DNA of 50,738 nt from Basidiobolus meristosporus CBS 931.73 (GCA_002104905.1 MCFE01000638.1:1-50738), one strand, 5' to 3'. Counted from the first letter of the stretch, positions 42,101 to 49,758 are shown. The notes: generated by a model not told the origin, from the letters alone. Numbers and translations are program-made.

Positions 42101-45100
42101 GGGCTTTACCGACGAGTCAATGCTGCTCTCACTGTGAACGTGCTTGGTAGGCTTCTCAGAATGGAATGATTCATCGGACTCGGTGTGGGTTAGCTTTGAA
42201 GTAGACCTGCTGTGGTTATCGGACTTAGGGTGTTCACTAGGTTTTTTCGAGTGAGTAGGCTTTACCGGTGAGTAAATGCGGCTCTCACTGTGAGTGTTTT
42301 CTGTAGGCTTTTTTAAATGCGAAGAATTGGTGTACTCAGTGTGGACAGTCTTCGAAGTTATTTTATCGTGATCAGCAGATTTTGAGTGCTCCGATGAGTG
42401 AGGTACGGTGATGGAATTGCGCTCCGAGCCTTTCATTGAGGCGGTAACTGCAGGTGCGTCAGCATGCCTAACCATTGATGAAGCGAGGGGGACCTCACTG
42501 CGAGGGTGCTCAGAGGGCTCGGAGTGAGACACCTTAGATTTGTGTGCTGACTTTGCGGGTGTAGGTTTTGTAGAGAAGTTAAGGTGGCTCTCACTATCAG
42601 GATGCTTGGTTGACGCCCCAGATGCAGACGTCTCCATAGATTTGCTCGCTTGACTTTCAATGTGCGAATGCACTTTAGGCTTCCCAGATGGTGATTTTCG
42701 GTGATCAGCAGAATTGAAGGACTCGCTGGGCTTGTGCCCTGACTCTGAGTGAGTAGACTTCATAGATGGGCTAGCGTGGCTTTGACTGTGAGTCCTTTCG
42801 GAGGGCTTCTGAGAATGCGATGGTTTCTCAGACCCAGTGTTAACCGGCTTCAGAGGTAGCTTGTTGTGATCAGCGGAGTTGCTGTGTTTACTGGGCTTCT
42901 CAGATTGCAACGATTCTTTAGGTCTGTGCTCTGACGCCGAGTGTGTAGACTTTTCCGATGAATCAGTGTGGCTCTCAATGTGAACGTGCGCGGTTGGCTT
43001 CTTGGAATGGGTTGATTTATCAGACTCGGTGTGAACTGGCTTCGAAGTAGACTTGCTTTGGTCATCCGACTTCGAGTGTTCACTAGGTTTCTCAGAGTGT
43101 GATGATTCCTTGGGTCTATGCTCTGACTCCGAGTGAGTGGGCTTAACCGATGAGTCCATGTGGCTCTCACTGTGAATGTGCTCGGTTGGCTTCTCAGCAT
43201 GGGTTGACCTATCAGACTCGGTGTGAACTGGCTTCGAGGTAGACTTGCTATGATCATCAGACTTCGAGTGTTCACTAGGTTTCTCAGAGTGGGATGACTC
43301 CTTGGGTCGGTGCTCTGATTCCGAGTGGGTAGGCTTTACCGATGAGTCGATGTGGCTTTCACTGTGAACGTGCTCGGTTGGCTTCTCAGCATGGGTTGAC
43401 AGATCAGACTCGGTGTGAACTGGCTTCGAAGTAGACTTGCTATGATCATCAGACTTCGAGTGTTCACTAGGTTTCTCAGAGTGGGATGACTCCTTGGGTC
43501 GGTGCTCTGACTCTAAGTGAGTAGGCTTTACCGATGAGTCGATGTGGCTTTCACTGTGAACGTGATCGGCAGGCTTCTCAGAATGGGTAGACTTATCAGA
43601 CTCGGTGTGCACTCGCTTCGTAGTATACTTGCTATGGTCATCAGATTTCGAGTGCTCACGCGGCTTCTCACCGTGTGATGATTCCTTGGGTTTGTGCTTT
43701 GGCTCAGAGTGAGTAGGCTCTACAAATGAGGCCATGGTGCTTTCACTGTGTACTGGATGTTTTTCACTAGCTGATTCCTCTGATTGGCTCTTCGTGGTTG
43801 GAGAGTATGATGGATTAAGTTCGGTTTTGGGAATGTGCTGAATGGTACTCTTGCCAGTCGCTGCTGGTGGTGTTGCCGCCTTCGAATCCGACATGATTGA
43901 ATTCCCGCTAGGTGGTGCTCCTGCGCAGGCCGGGCCGTTGGAAATCATTAGGCAGACTTGGTTACCACCACAACTGTATTTTTTGATCACTCCATTGATA
44001 CAGGCATTAACAACTCCAGTTCTACGCTCGCTTTCGCAAGTGGATTTTTGACACTCGGGCTTCACAGGGACATATGACATCGACTTGCTCTCCGGAGTGA
44101 AAGATTTGCTTGGTATGGACATAGCTGCTTCTGATTTATCGCTACTGCTGATGTGCGAAGGAGTAACTGTGCCTAAGTGATCGCTGCTTCCTTTGAGAAT
44201 GGAAACACCTGTATCAGATTCGTCGCTATTTCTGGTGTTTGTGGTCGTAGCTGTGCCAGATTTATCACTATTTGTGCTATGAGTGGAAGTATCTGTGTCG
44301 GCTTTATCACTTCTTACTGAGGTAGACGAGTGAGTGATAGATGAATCGAGTGTTGGATGTGGGGTCTGGTTACCAGCGATTTGCAAAATACACTCAATTC
44401 CCTCCCACTGGCCACTCCAACTTACCCAATCTACACATATCGATGTATCCTGGCAGTTGAACGGGACCATTTCTCCATTGATGCATTTCTTGAATTGTCG
44501 TCCCTGCCCTGGCAGGACACATTCGTATTCAGCTGGGCAGTTGCTTTTCTTTGAGATGGTCACTACAGCTGTTGATTCGGCCACCATACGAGTAACCACC
44601 TTGGTTTGGAGCACGACACTTTGCACGATATCTATGGATGGTGTAGCTGGTTCCGTGGTATCTGGGGTTGATGTACTTGGTGTCACGGAAGGCACGTTTA
44701 CGTTAGAATTTTCGATTTGATTCTGAACACAGGCTTTACCCTCCTTACATGACGATCCCGAGGGGCAAAGCATGATTCTCCATTCCCCTTCTAAGCACCA
44801 TGCGGCTGCGTCTAAACTGGAACAAGCCCACTGAAATGGAGTGTCACAAGCGCCACTCAGCGGTTTATACTTTTTTTCGGTGCCAGGAACTATACACCCT
44901 AATTTGTCCTCACATATCTGATTTCCACTACAGGCCTTGATTTGCGCCGTACCAAAACTCGTGCAGTGCTGCATTGTTTTTTTGTCGAGACAAGACCAAG
45001 GGACGCTTGGGTCACATTGAATTGGAGTGTAGGTTACGGGTATTTGTTGGCAACTTGGCTTACTGTTTATCATTTGGCACTCGTACCCGCTTGGGCAGGC

Positions 45101-45610
45101 TGCTTCGGCAACATTTCCCTTGTAGCAAGTTAGATACCGATCTTTGCTTAAGCATTTGCCGTTGTAAGTGGACGGGCTGCACCCCATTGTTTCGACCGCC
45201 TGAGAGGTTTCCGCCGATCGGTGGACAGAAAGGGAGGTAGCAGCAATCATGCCGGTTTTCAGCGCAGAAGCTTTCATTGGCAACTCGCACTGGGCCTCAC
45301 CGGTACCAGAGGAAACGCAAACAAACTGTTGTTTGATTGGTTTGTACTGGGTCGGGCAGTCGAACACCACCCAATAGCCGTTGATACATTTTTTGTACCG
45401 GTGATGATTGTCAGGCATGCAATTGACCTGGCCGTCGTTACAACGCTGTGCTAATGTTGTAACTGCAGCTCCATGAGATAGCGTCGAAGTCAGCCCATGA
45501 ATAGTATTGATTGAGCCTGCTTGAAACGTTTCTGTTTTCGGCGGCAAGTCAGACGCCCATACAGGCGCTAACAGAGCGAAGGAAACTGTCGACACAGCCT
45601 TGACCTTCAT
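30164..45610 (-). CDS. Gene B: giant secreted mucin/adhesin-like protein (about 5,148 aa), paralog of gene A
   Basis: Uninterrupted 15.5-kb ORF with signal peptide MKVKAVSTVSFALLAPVWA, six Cys modules, His/Ser repeats (about 43760-37010), 38-aa repeats (about 36660-35310), about 44 32-aa repeats (about 35290-30950) and C-terminal CTNGQYSCLESGASPIFFVCSNGRLIQNHCASGTVCKSLGQSIICDWL. The ORF's first ATG (45649) abuts the TATA box, so it is unlikely to be the start. Confidence 0.9.
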   Translation of the reverse strand: MKVKAVSTVSFALLAPVWASDLPPKTETFQAGSINTIHGLTSTLSHGAAVTTLAQRCNDGQVNCMPDNHHRYKKCINGYWVVFDCPTQYKPIKQQFVCVSSGTGEAQCELPMKASALKTGMIAATSLSVHRSAETSQAVETMGCSPSTYNGKCLSKDRYLTCYKGNVAEAACPSGYECQMINSKPSCQQIPVTYTPIQCDPSVPWSCLDKKTMQHCTSFGTAQIKACSGNQICEDKLGCIVPGTEKKYKPLSGACDTPFQWACSSLDAAAWCLEGEWRIMLCPSGSSCKEGKACVQNQIENSNVNVPSVTPSTSTPDTTEPATPSIDIVQSVVLQTKVVTRMVAESTAVVTISKKSNCPAEYECVLPGQGRQFKKCINGEMVPFNCQDTSICVDWVSWSGQWEGIECILQIAGNQTPHPTLDSSITHSSTSVRSDKADTDTSTHSTNSDKSGTATTTNTRNSDESDTGVSILKGSSDHLGTVTPSHISSSDKSEAAMSIPSKSFTPESKSMSYVPVKPECQKSTCESERRTGVVNACINGVIKKYSCGGNQVCLMISNGPACAGAPPSGNSIMSDSKAATPPAATGKSTIQHIPKTELNPSYSPTTKSQSEESASEKHPVHSESTMASFVEPTHSEPKHKPKESSHGEKPREHSKSDDHSKYTTKRVHTESDKSTHSEKPADHVHSESHIDSSVKPTHLESEHRPKESSHSEKPSEHSKSDDHSKSTSKPVHTESDLSTHAEKPTEHVHSESHIDSSVKPTHSESEHRPKESSHSEKPSEHSKSDDHSKSTSKPVHTESDRSTHAEKPTEHIHSESHMDSSVKPTHSESEHRPKESSHSEKPSEHSKSDDQSKSTSKPVHTESDKSTHSKKPTAHVHIESHTDSSEKSTHSASEHRPKESLQSEKPSKHSNSADHNKLPLKPVNTGSEKPSHSQKPSERTHSQSHASPSMKSTHSESGHKPSESFNSADHRKSPSGKPKVHSHIESQASKSMETSASGASTKHPDSESHLNFSTKPTPAKSAHKSKVSHSEPSEHPRSEVPLASSMVRHADAPAVTASMKGSERNSITVPHSSEHSKSADHDKITSKTVHTEYTNSSHLKKPTENTHSESRIYSPVKPTHSKKPSEHPKSDNHSRSTSKLTHTESDESFHSEKPTKHVHSESSIDSSVKPTHSESGPKPKVSTHSEKPSEHPKTDDHSKSTSEPVHTESDKSAHSVKPTEHVRSESSTHSSVKSNHSESEHRPKESPHSLKPTKHVHSESNADSSVKPNHSESESQPKESSHSEKPSEHSKSDDHSKSTSKPVHTESDTSTHSERPTKHVHSESHADSSAKPAHSESEHRPKESPHSLKPTKHVHSESSTDSSVKPNHSESEHKPKESSHSEKPSEHSKSDDHSKSTSKPVHTESDTSTHSERPTKHVHSESHTDSSAKPAHSESEHRPKESPHSVKPSEHLKSNNRSKPTSKAVHIESDRSPHSERPTEHVRSESHIDSSAKPAHSESEHKPTESSYSEKPSEHLKSYNRSKATSKSLHTESDTSSRYERPTEHVHSESHAESSVKPAHSKSERKPKESVHSVKPSNHSESVDHSKSISKPAHTESDKSFHSEKPTKHVHSESSIDSSVKPTRSESEPQPKVSSHSEKPSEHSKPDGHNKATSKSPHTEPDTLSPYERPTEHVSSESHTDSSAKPAHSDSGHRSKEPLHSEKPSGHSKSDDHSKSTSKPVHTESDKSTHSEKPTEHAHSESHTDSSPKPAHSESGRRPQESSHSERSSEHLKTDDHTKTTSKPVHIESDKSTSSEKPTEHVHSESRTVSSAKPAHSESKHTPKESSHSQKPSEHSNSEDRGKSTSKPIHTESGKMTHSERPTEHVHSESHTKTSAKPVHSESGHRPQDSPHSERSSEHLKSDYHSKSTTKPVHTESDTSTHSEKSTEHVHSESHMDSSAMPTHSESEHRSQGSSHSTAISKLTHTVSYKSFHSEKPNKHVHSESGIDSSVKPTHSESEPQPKPVHTESDRSTHAEKSTEHVHSESHMDSSAKPAHSDSGHRSKEPLHSEKPSGHSKSDDHSKSTSKPVHTETNKSTQSGKPTERVRSESRTGSSVKPTHSESEHRSKESIRSEKSSEHSMSDNHNKATSKSVHTESDTSSHYERPTEHVSSESHTESSVKSIYPESEHRHEESSHSEKPSEHSNSEDHIKPTSKPIHTESGKLSHSERPTQHVHSESHTVSSAKPAHSESGHKPKSSSHSLKHSGHPNSDDHTKSTSKPAHTESDKSFHSEKPTEHVHSESSIDSSVKPTHSESEPQSKESTHSEESSEHSMSDNHNKATSRSVHTDSDTSSHYERPTEHVPGVSHTESLVKSIYPESEHRHEESSHSEKPSEHSNSEDHIKPTSKPIHTESGKMSHSERPTQHVHSESHTESSAKPAHSESGHRPQDSSHSESSNEHLKSDDHSKPTSKPVHIESDKLTGSEKPTEHAHSESRTVSSTKPAHSESQHRPKESPHSEKPSEHSNSEDRGKSTSKPIHTESGKMSHSERPTEHVHSGSHTDSSVKPAHSESEHRSKEPSHFEKPSEHSRSDEHSKSASKPVHTETNKSTESDKPTERVRSESLTDSSVRPTHLKSEHRSKELIRSEKSSEHSMSYNQNKTTSRSVHTDSDTSSHYERPTEHVSSESHTESSVKSIYPESEHRHEESSHSEKPSEHSNSEDHIKPTSKPIHTESGKLSHSERPTQHVHSESHTESSAKPAHSESGHKPKSSSHSLKHSGHPNSDDHTKSTSKPAHTESDKSFHSEKPTEHVHSESSIDSSVKPTRSEESSEHSMSDNHNKATSKPVHADSDKSSHSERLTEHVSSESRTDSSQISTHSESEHRSQVSPHSTTRSSSKNRTMDSSQVKISTSDEATIRPTISVDVTITQPKVTITEPSKTIIHTYTEKARKVTVHPVVSSDVTITEPTITVTERTSTKDYSVTIKPHHNVTQRPVVFSDITITKPTLTVTESTVTSKHFVTKEASAEVTIQHDESVEVTITEPPVTVTDPTVTYKHSVTDQPSGEVTIQRETSVDVTITEPTVTVTEPTVTHRHYITKDASEEVTIQHDTSIEVTINEPTETVTEPTVTYKHSVTDKPSGEATIQRETSVDITITEPTVTVTEPAVTHRHYVTKSASREVTIQHDTSIEVTINEPTETVTEPTVTFKHSVTDKPSGEVTIQRETSVDVTITEPTVTVTEPTVTHRHYITKDASEEVTIQHDTSIEVTITEPTITVTEPTITHKHSVTDQPSGEVTIQRETSVDVTFTKPTVTVTEPTVTHRHYITKDASEEVTIKHDTSIEVTINEPTETVTEPTVTYKHSVTDKPSGEVTIQHETSVDITITEPTVTVTEPTVTHRQYITKDASEVVTIQHDTSIEVTINEPTKTVTEPTVTYKHSVTDQPSGKVTIQPETSIDLTYTERGSRSITVTESNGNVHTVVDRTVTIQPTVSIESGARSITVTESNSIVHTVIDRTVTVQPTVSIKSGARTITVTESDGNVHTVVDRTVTVQPTISVESGARTITVTESNGNVHTIVDRTVTVQPTISVESGARTITVTESNGNVHTVVDRTVTVQPTISVESGARTITVTESNGNVHTVVDRTVTIQPTVSIDSGARTITVTESDGNVHTVVDRTVTVQPTVSVESGARTITVTESNGNVHTVVDRTVTLRPTVSVESGARTVTVTESNGNVHTVVDRTVTIQPTVSIESGARSITVTESNSIVHTVIDRTVTDQPTVSIKSGARTITVTESNGNVHTVVDRTVTVQPTVSVESGARTVTVTESNGNVHTVVDRTVTVQPTVSVESGARTVTVTESNGNVHTIIDRTVTVQPTVSVESGARTTVTEPNGNVHTVVGRTVTIHPTVSIESGARTITATESDGNVHTVVDRTVTVQPTVSVESGARTITVTESNGNVHTVVDRTVTVEPTISVESGARTITVTESNGNVKTVVDRTVTVQPTVSVESGARTITVTESNGNVHTVVDRTVTVQPTVSVESGARTVTVTESNGNVHTVIDRTVTVQPTVSVESGARTVTVTESNGKVHTVVDRTVTVQHTVSVESGARTITVTESNGNVHTVVDRTVTVQPTVSVESGARTITVTESNGNVHTVIDRTVTVQPTVSVESGDRTITVTESNGNVHTVVDRTVTVQPTVSVESGARTVTVTESNGNVHTVVDRTVTVQPTISVESGARTITVSESNGNVHTVVDRTVTIQPTVSIERGALTITVTESDGNVHTVIDRTVTVQPTISVESDARTITVTESNGNVHTVVDRTVTVQPTVSVESGARTITVTESNGNVHTVVDRTVTIQPTVSVESGVHTITVPESEGNVNTAVDRTVTVQPTVSIERGARTVTVTESNGNVHTVVDRTVTVHPTVSVESGARTVTVTESNGNVHTIVDRTVTIQPTVSIDSGARTITVTESNGNVHTVTDRTVTVQPTVSVESDAHTITVTKSDGNVHTVVNHTVTVQSTVSVEGGARTITVTESNGNVHTVVDRTVTVQPTVSVESGARTITVTESNGNVHTVVDRTVTVRPSVSVESGARTLTVTESNGNVHSVVDRTAIVQPTISVVSDVRTITVTESDGNVHTVVDRTVTVQPTVSVESGAHTITVTGSNGNINTIVDRTVTVQPTVSIESGTRTIALTESNDNAHTVVDRTVTLQPTVSVESGAHTITVTESEGNVHSVVERTVTVPPTVSVESGVHTITVTESNGNVHTIDDRTVTVQPTASIESGARTITVTESNGNIHTVVDHTVTVQPIVSVESGARTITVTESNGNVHTVIDRTVIVQPTVSIDSGDRTTTATETDDRVHNIVDRTVTIQSTVSVGSDVRSITATQSDDKDITVTIQPTVSVDSGARTIAVNESQGKVSTVADHTVTVQSSLSAVSNTRIITVTSAVGNMHTSIDRSVTVEPAETATSASAVTVTEFPGQSYSIVERSVTISPTALMESGVRSNVAEPTVTVIETNSNASSVSDRTVAAETQAPAETVAHVTTVTEGNGSVRTIIDRTIIVKPTITATVTQFSPSIEGTCAPQCATATVFVSVTDVSQATVTSIHTVTLHNIHTVTVTRDEKQAKSTYSGDCTNGQYSCLESGASPIFFVCSNGRLIQNHCASGTVCKSLGQSIICDWL
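30950..35290 (-). repeat. 96-bp (32-aa) coding tandem repeat in gene B, about 44 units
   Basis: Same consensus as in gene A; increasingly degenerate toward the C-terminal end. Confidence 0.95.
35310..36660 (-). repeat. 114-bp (38-aa) Thr/Val repeats with 228-bp dimer period in gene B
   Basis: Shadow ORFs recur 228 bp apart (36014 and 36242); units of type VTITEPTVTVTEPTVTHRHYITKDASEEVTIQHDTSIE. Confidence 0.9.
37010..43760 (-). repeat. His/Ser-rich about 192-bp repeat array of gene B, more diverged than in A
   Basis: Same HSES/HSEKP motifs, a degenerate stretch at about 42250-42950 and an internal 1536-bp-offset duplication. Confidence 0.9.
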
Positions 45611-45649
45611 ATTTCGAGAGTCCTTCGTAGGCCTCCGGGTACTGACCAT

Positions 45650-45657
45650 TATTTATA
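45650..45657 (-). promoter_or_regulatory. TATA box (TATAAATA) of gene B
   Basis: Same motif and spacing as in gene A. Confidence 0.65.
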
Positions 45658-45719
45658 TTACGCAGCGGTAAACCTAAACTTTTCGAAGAATTGTCATCAG
45701 CGCATGTTGCTTCCGAATG

Positions 45720-45748
45720 CTCGATTAATCTTATCTCTTTTGCCATAG
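45720..45748 (-). promoter_or_regulatory. Conserved 29-bp upstream element (paralog of 22602-22630)
   Basis: ctcgattaatcttatctcttttgccatag versus ctcgattaatcttatctcttgtgccatag. Confidence 0.65.
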
Positions 45749-46860
45749 AATTGGCCTTTTCGTATTTTGGGACAAATGTGTAACTATCAGAATATCGTGG
45801 AATTTTCGGGTCTGCAAATCCGATTCGGCCCTAGATCCTATCAAGAGTGATTTTCAGTTACCTCATTTTGTCTAGTTTGCTTCTGTCCTGGATCGCATAC
45901 CTTTTTAAGGTAAGTGATTTTGTATCTATTTCGAAATTACCTGGTGCTTTCTATCTTAATCAGTAAGGCCATTTTTTATATATTACTCTGTATTTCCCTG
46001 CTCCAAGATACCTTAATTAGCCGATGAGCAAGTGACGCTTTCTTCTGACCACTCCAAACCTTTGAATTCTAATGCTTAGGCTGCATCCCTCTTTTCGTTA
46101 GATTTTTACTTTTTTCAGCCTCCAATGCAATCATCAACTCGGATATATTTAACAGCTACGATGGTTGCTGAAAATCGTTTTTTTGGTAAATACGTGAATT
46201 CTGGCCAACGGGTCCGAGTACTGATTCCGCAAGTATGCCCTAAGTTTATAATATACACTTCGTCACCTGTGCATTGACAGCGACCATTGATGTTAGTTGT
46301 TTGCTTTGCATCTGTTGCCGGCAAAATGCTTATATTAACTGTTCAGTATACCATTTTGTCATCCTTCAATACTTGATGCCTCATGAGGTATGATTATTCA
46401 CTCTGAATCAAACAATCCTAGTGTTGCGTTGTTACTAACAACAGTAGCAGCAAACCGTACCTCATTCCTCAATTCCAAGATTTTGATGATATTGATGCTG
46501 CGAATTTTGTGTTCCCGCCTAAATACTCCGTTAGCTTAGCTATTTGGACCATAGCCCGTGAACTTTGCCATTTCATGCCGAATTATTAATGAGAATTTAC
46601 TAGGGTAATTATCATTGAGATGTTTAGCATGCAGATTGTGAGAATTCTCAATATAGCCCAAATGTGCCACACTTGAAGCATCTTTAGGGTAATAAATATT
46701 TGGTTTCACCTAAACAACTCATGTACCTCAGGCACATATCTCATAACCTAGAAATATGCAATCAAGAATTCCAAGCATCGGCTTGTGTGACAAAACTAAT
46801 TCTTCTAAATAGTGAAGACCTGAAAGCTATGAAGATATTCAGGCTCATCTAAAAGGCCCT

Positions 46861-47340
46861 TAACTTTGTTGTAAGAGTTTTGGAGATGTTTGATGTGATT
46901 GAGAGAACAAGAAGATATGAGATTTTCACATATCAATTTATGGAATATAAAAGCAGTATTTACACTTTTGGATGGTCTTGCCAAACAAAAACATGTAATA
47001 AGTGTTGTAAAAATTCGTATTTCCACCTAAATATTCACCTAACTTAGTCACTTATATCATCACCTTCAGATCCTAGAGAATACTGACCAAAATTCCTTGT
47101 TGGGATTTACTTAGAATATTTACCCAGAACATGAAAATTCTCAAAGTTGTCCAAACAGCCCCAAACTTTGCACACATGCTCTTGGGACCTTCCTTAGTCT
47201 ATTCTACATGTTTGCTATGCCAAGACCAGGTAAAAGTTTAAATACTACTTTTACATTCAATAAATCATTAAGTGAAAACCACAAAATCTACTTGTTCTCC
47301 AAATCATTTCCAATATCTCCAAGACTCTTACAACAGGTTA
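46861..47340. mobile_element. Foldback/MITE-like non-autonomous element with about 135-bp imperfect terminal inverted repeats and TA ends
   Basis: The reverse complement of 46861-46995 aligns with 47204-47340 (taactttgttgtaagagttttggaga versus tctccaagactcttacaacaggtta); no coding capacity. Confidence 0.75.
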
Positions 47341-47348
47341 CAAGCCCC

Positions 47349-48079
47349 ATGCTGTCACTCTCTGCAGTGTCTACTACTGCTATTACTGGAATTTTTCCCT
47401 CTGCTGAAAAGTTGGATGGATGTAACTACCAAGTGTGGAAGGTGAAGATGAAGATGCTGCTACAAGAAAGAGGTCTTTGGGATATTGTCATGGGAGAAGA
47501 ATGCCCTCCTAAAAACATGGGAGAGGAAGCCTTAAAGTACCAGAAGGAAGAACAAAGTGCCTTTAACTGCATTTGCCTCAATGTCAAGGACAAATTACTA
47601 ACTCAATGCTCAAGAGCAAAAACGGCAAAGAATGCCTGGAAGGCATTAGAAGACACCTACCAGTCATGTTCAGCTGCCAAGAAAATGTATCTGAGACAAA
47701 AATTCTTTACTACAAAGATGCTGCCAGGAGAAGAAATGAAAAATCTAATTAACAGAATTACCCTGCTGGTAGATGAGATGGAATCTGTGGGTGTACCAAC
47801 TACTGATGAGGATGTGATAGTTACCATCCTGAATAGCCTGAGAGACAGGTTTTAGGGCCTTGTATCAGCCCTAGAGTCCAGAACTGAAGATTTGACCTTA
47901 AACTATGTATATGGAAGGCTTCTGGATGAAGAATTAAAAAACTCAAGTGCCAATAAGAAGGAAGTAGAAAATGCTTTAACAAGCAATGATAACCAACAAA
48001 GGAGGTATCTAAGACCCTATAAAGGCAACAGAACCTGTTTTGCAACTACTGCAAAAGGAAAGGACTCACATCAGACCGG
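47349..48079 (+). pseudogene. Ty1/Copia gag pseudogene
   Basis: EKLDGCNYQVWKVKMKMLLQERGLWDIV...TAKNAWKALEDTY...KMYLRQKFFTTKM is a Copia gag (UBN2/Retrotran_gag-like) pattern. In-frame TAG at 47853-47855; frameshifted zinc-knuckle remnant CNYCKRKG cut off by an LTR at 48080. Confidence 0.9.
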
Positions 48080-48833
48080 TGTAGTGGGGTCACAGTGACA
48101 CCCACAGGCAGATGTGCTCATTCTCATACGTTCACTTCCCTAAAAAAGGATTACCCCCCCTATATTAGTATCATCCCACATTGCAATATTTTCTATTCTG
48201 TCTATGTGATTATTACTATGCAACCTGACAAACTATTTGTCACTATTAACCCATTGCACAAGCTATTCCTATTCCTTGCCAAGATGCCAAGATAAGATAG
48301 TTACCATATAAGGCAAGTACCACCAACAGTGCCCATGTCATGTGACCATCTTGGTTTCATAACCCTCCTATCCTACTACCATAAGAGGCAACCACATGAC
48401 ACAGGGGTTTCATATTACAACTACCTGATTGGCTAGGTGCTACTATGTCTCATGGAACAATCTGCCAAGAATTTGCACTATTTTTAGTACACAATCACAT
48501 GATTGGCTGTCTACTACCTTCTGGAAACTTCTGGAAAGTATTTTATAGCAAGAATTTGTGCAGCAAAAAAGTATATAAGGGAGGCTATCCCTTAAAATAA
48601 ATCATCCCTCTTCCAATATTCCAACTTATTGATTAGTGAGATCACCGCTGTGGTGGTGTATAAGTCCAAGGGAGAGATACGTCCAACACTTCTCAAGTGT
48701 TTTGTGTGTGGGGTGTTCACTGGGTGCGATAACCTCTGGCAAAAGCTTGCTAGGAATACTTGGGTTCTGTCTCTAATCTAATGTGAAGGGGAATAAAGCC
48801 ACAAGCTTGTCAAGGGAAAACTATTGAGCTACA
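48080..48833 (+). mobile_element. LTR (about 754 bp, TGTAG...CTACA) related to the adjacent Gypsy LTR
   Basis: Terminal TGTAG/CTACA; internal TATA block aaagtatataagggaggctatccct shared with the minus-strand LTR. No matching target-site duplication (accgg versus atccc). Confidence 0.8.
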
Positions 48834-48959
48834 ATCCCCAACTTAGTTGGCGTCTTAACAAAAGTATGTGCTGGGTTCAGCGTCCTTTGAGATGACAATG
48901 TACTAAAGCTTCCAAAGTCAAAACAACTGTAAACTCCACCAGCAGGGACTTGATAAGAA

Positions 48960-49719
48960 TGCAGCTTTGGTCAATAGTTACAAAGACAGAAAAGTATCTT
49001 TGCCTGTACAAGAACAAACTTGGGAAAGAATCAAATATAATAAAAGATACCTACTCTGAGTATTCCTCACAAGTAGTGCCTCCAAGGTCAGTTGGCTGTC
49101 AGCGCGGTTTCCTGGGAGTGTCCTGTGGTCTAGGGTTGGAAGTTCAGGTAGCAGCAGGTAGCAGTGATCACACTAATCAACAAGTCGGTATATTGATAAA
49201 AGGGATGATGATTTATTGTAGAGGGATAGCCTCCCTTATATACTTTTCTCACTGGCTAAGTGATTACTAATCATGGTGTTCCAGAAGGTTCCGGAGTTCA
49301 ATAGAAATCTTAATGACATCAGAATGACCTAAGAATGTTCTAAGTAGGTGCCGGAAGGTTCTAAGAGGCACAGCACATCCAACCAATCAGGAATCAGTAT
49401 TCTGAAACCTGTGTAACATGGGGATACCATATATGGTATGGAAATGGTAGGGATGGTGACACGGGTTGATCATGTGTCACGGGTACTGGCGCGGGTACTT
49501 GCCTAATATAGAAGCACTTGTAACTAGTAATCTTACATAAAGTGAGGGGTAACTTATGCAATAAGGTAAGCAGGTGTGATAGTCAACCGGCTTATGGGAT
49601 AGTACTGATTGGGTAAGACAAATGGGATAAAACTAAAATGAGTGTAGTAGGGATATAGGGAAGTAGAAAATAAGGGAATGAGCACATCTGTTAGTGGGTG
49701 TCACTGTCACCCCACTACA
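48960..49719 (-). mobile_element. 3' LTR of the Gypsy element (about 760 bp)
   Basis: Starts TGTAGTGGGGTGACAGTGACACCCAC immediately after the PPT. The end is placed at AACTATTGACCAAAGCTGCA by similarity to the other LTR's AACTATTGAGCTACA, so that boundary is approximate. Confidence 0.8.
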
Positions 49720-49733
49720 TCCACCCCCCTCTC
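49720..49733 (-). other. Polypurine tract GAGAGGGGGGTGGA
   Basis: Purine run between the integrase stop and the TG start of the LTR. Confidence 0.85.
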
Positions 49734-49758
49734 AGCTTTGAACTTGGGTCAAAGCAAA

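Noticed and set aside
47208-47348. N-terminal 47 codons of the called gag ORF
   Set aside because: They derive from the inverted-repeat arm of the foldback element; gag more plausibly starts at ATG 47349.
48820-48841. Minus-strand GGGGATTGTAGCTCAAT resembling a tRNA 5' end
   Set aside because: No T-loop/B-box or cloverleaf follows; it is the junction of the LTR end with the spacer.
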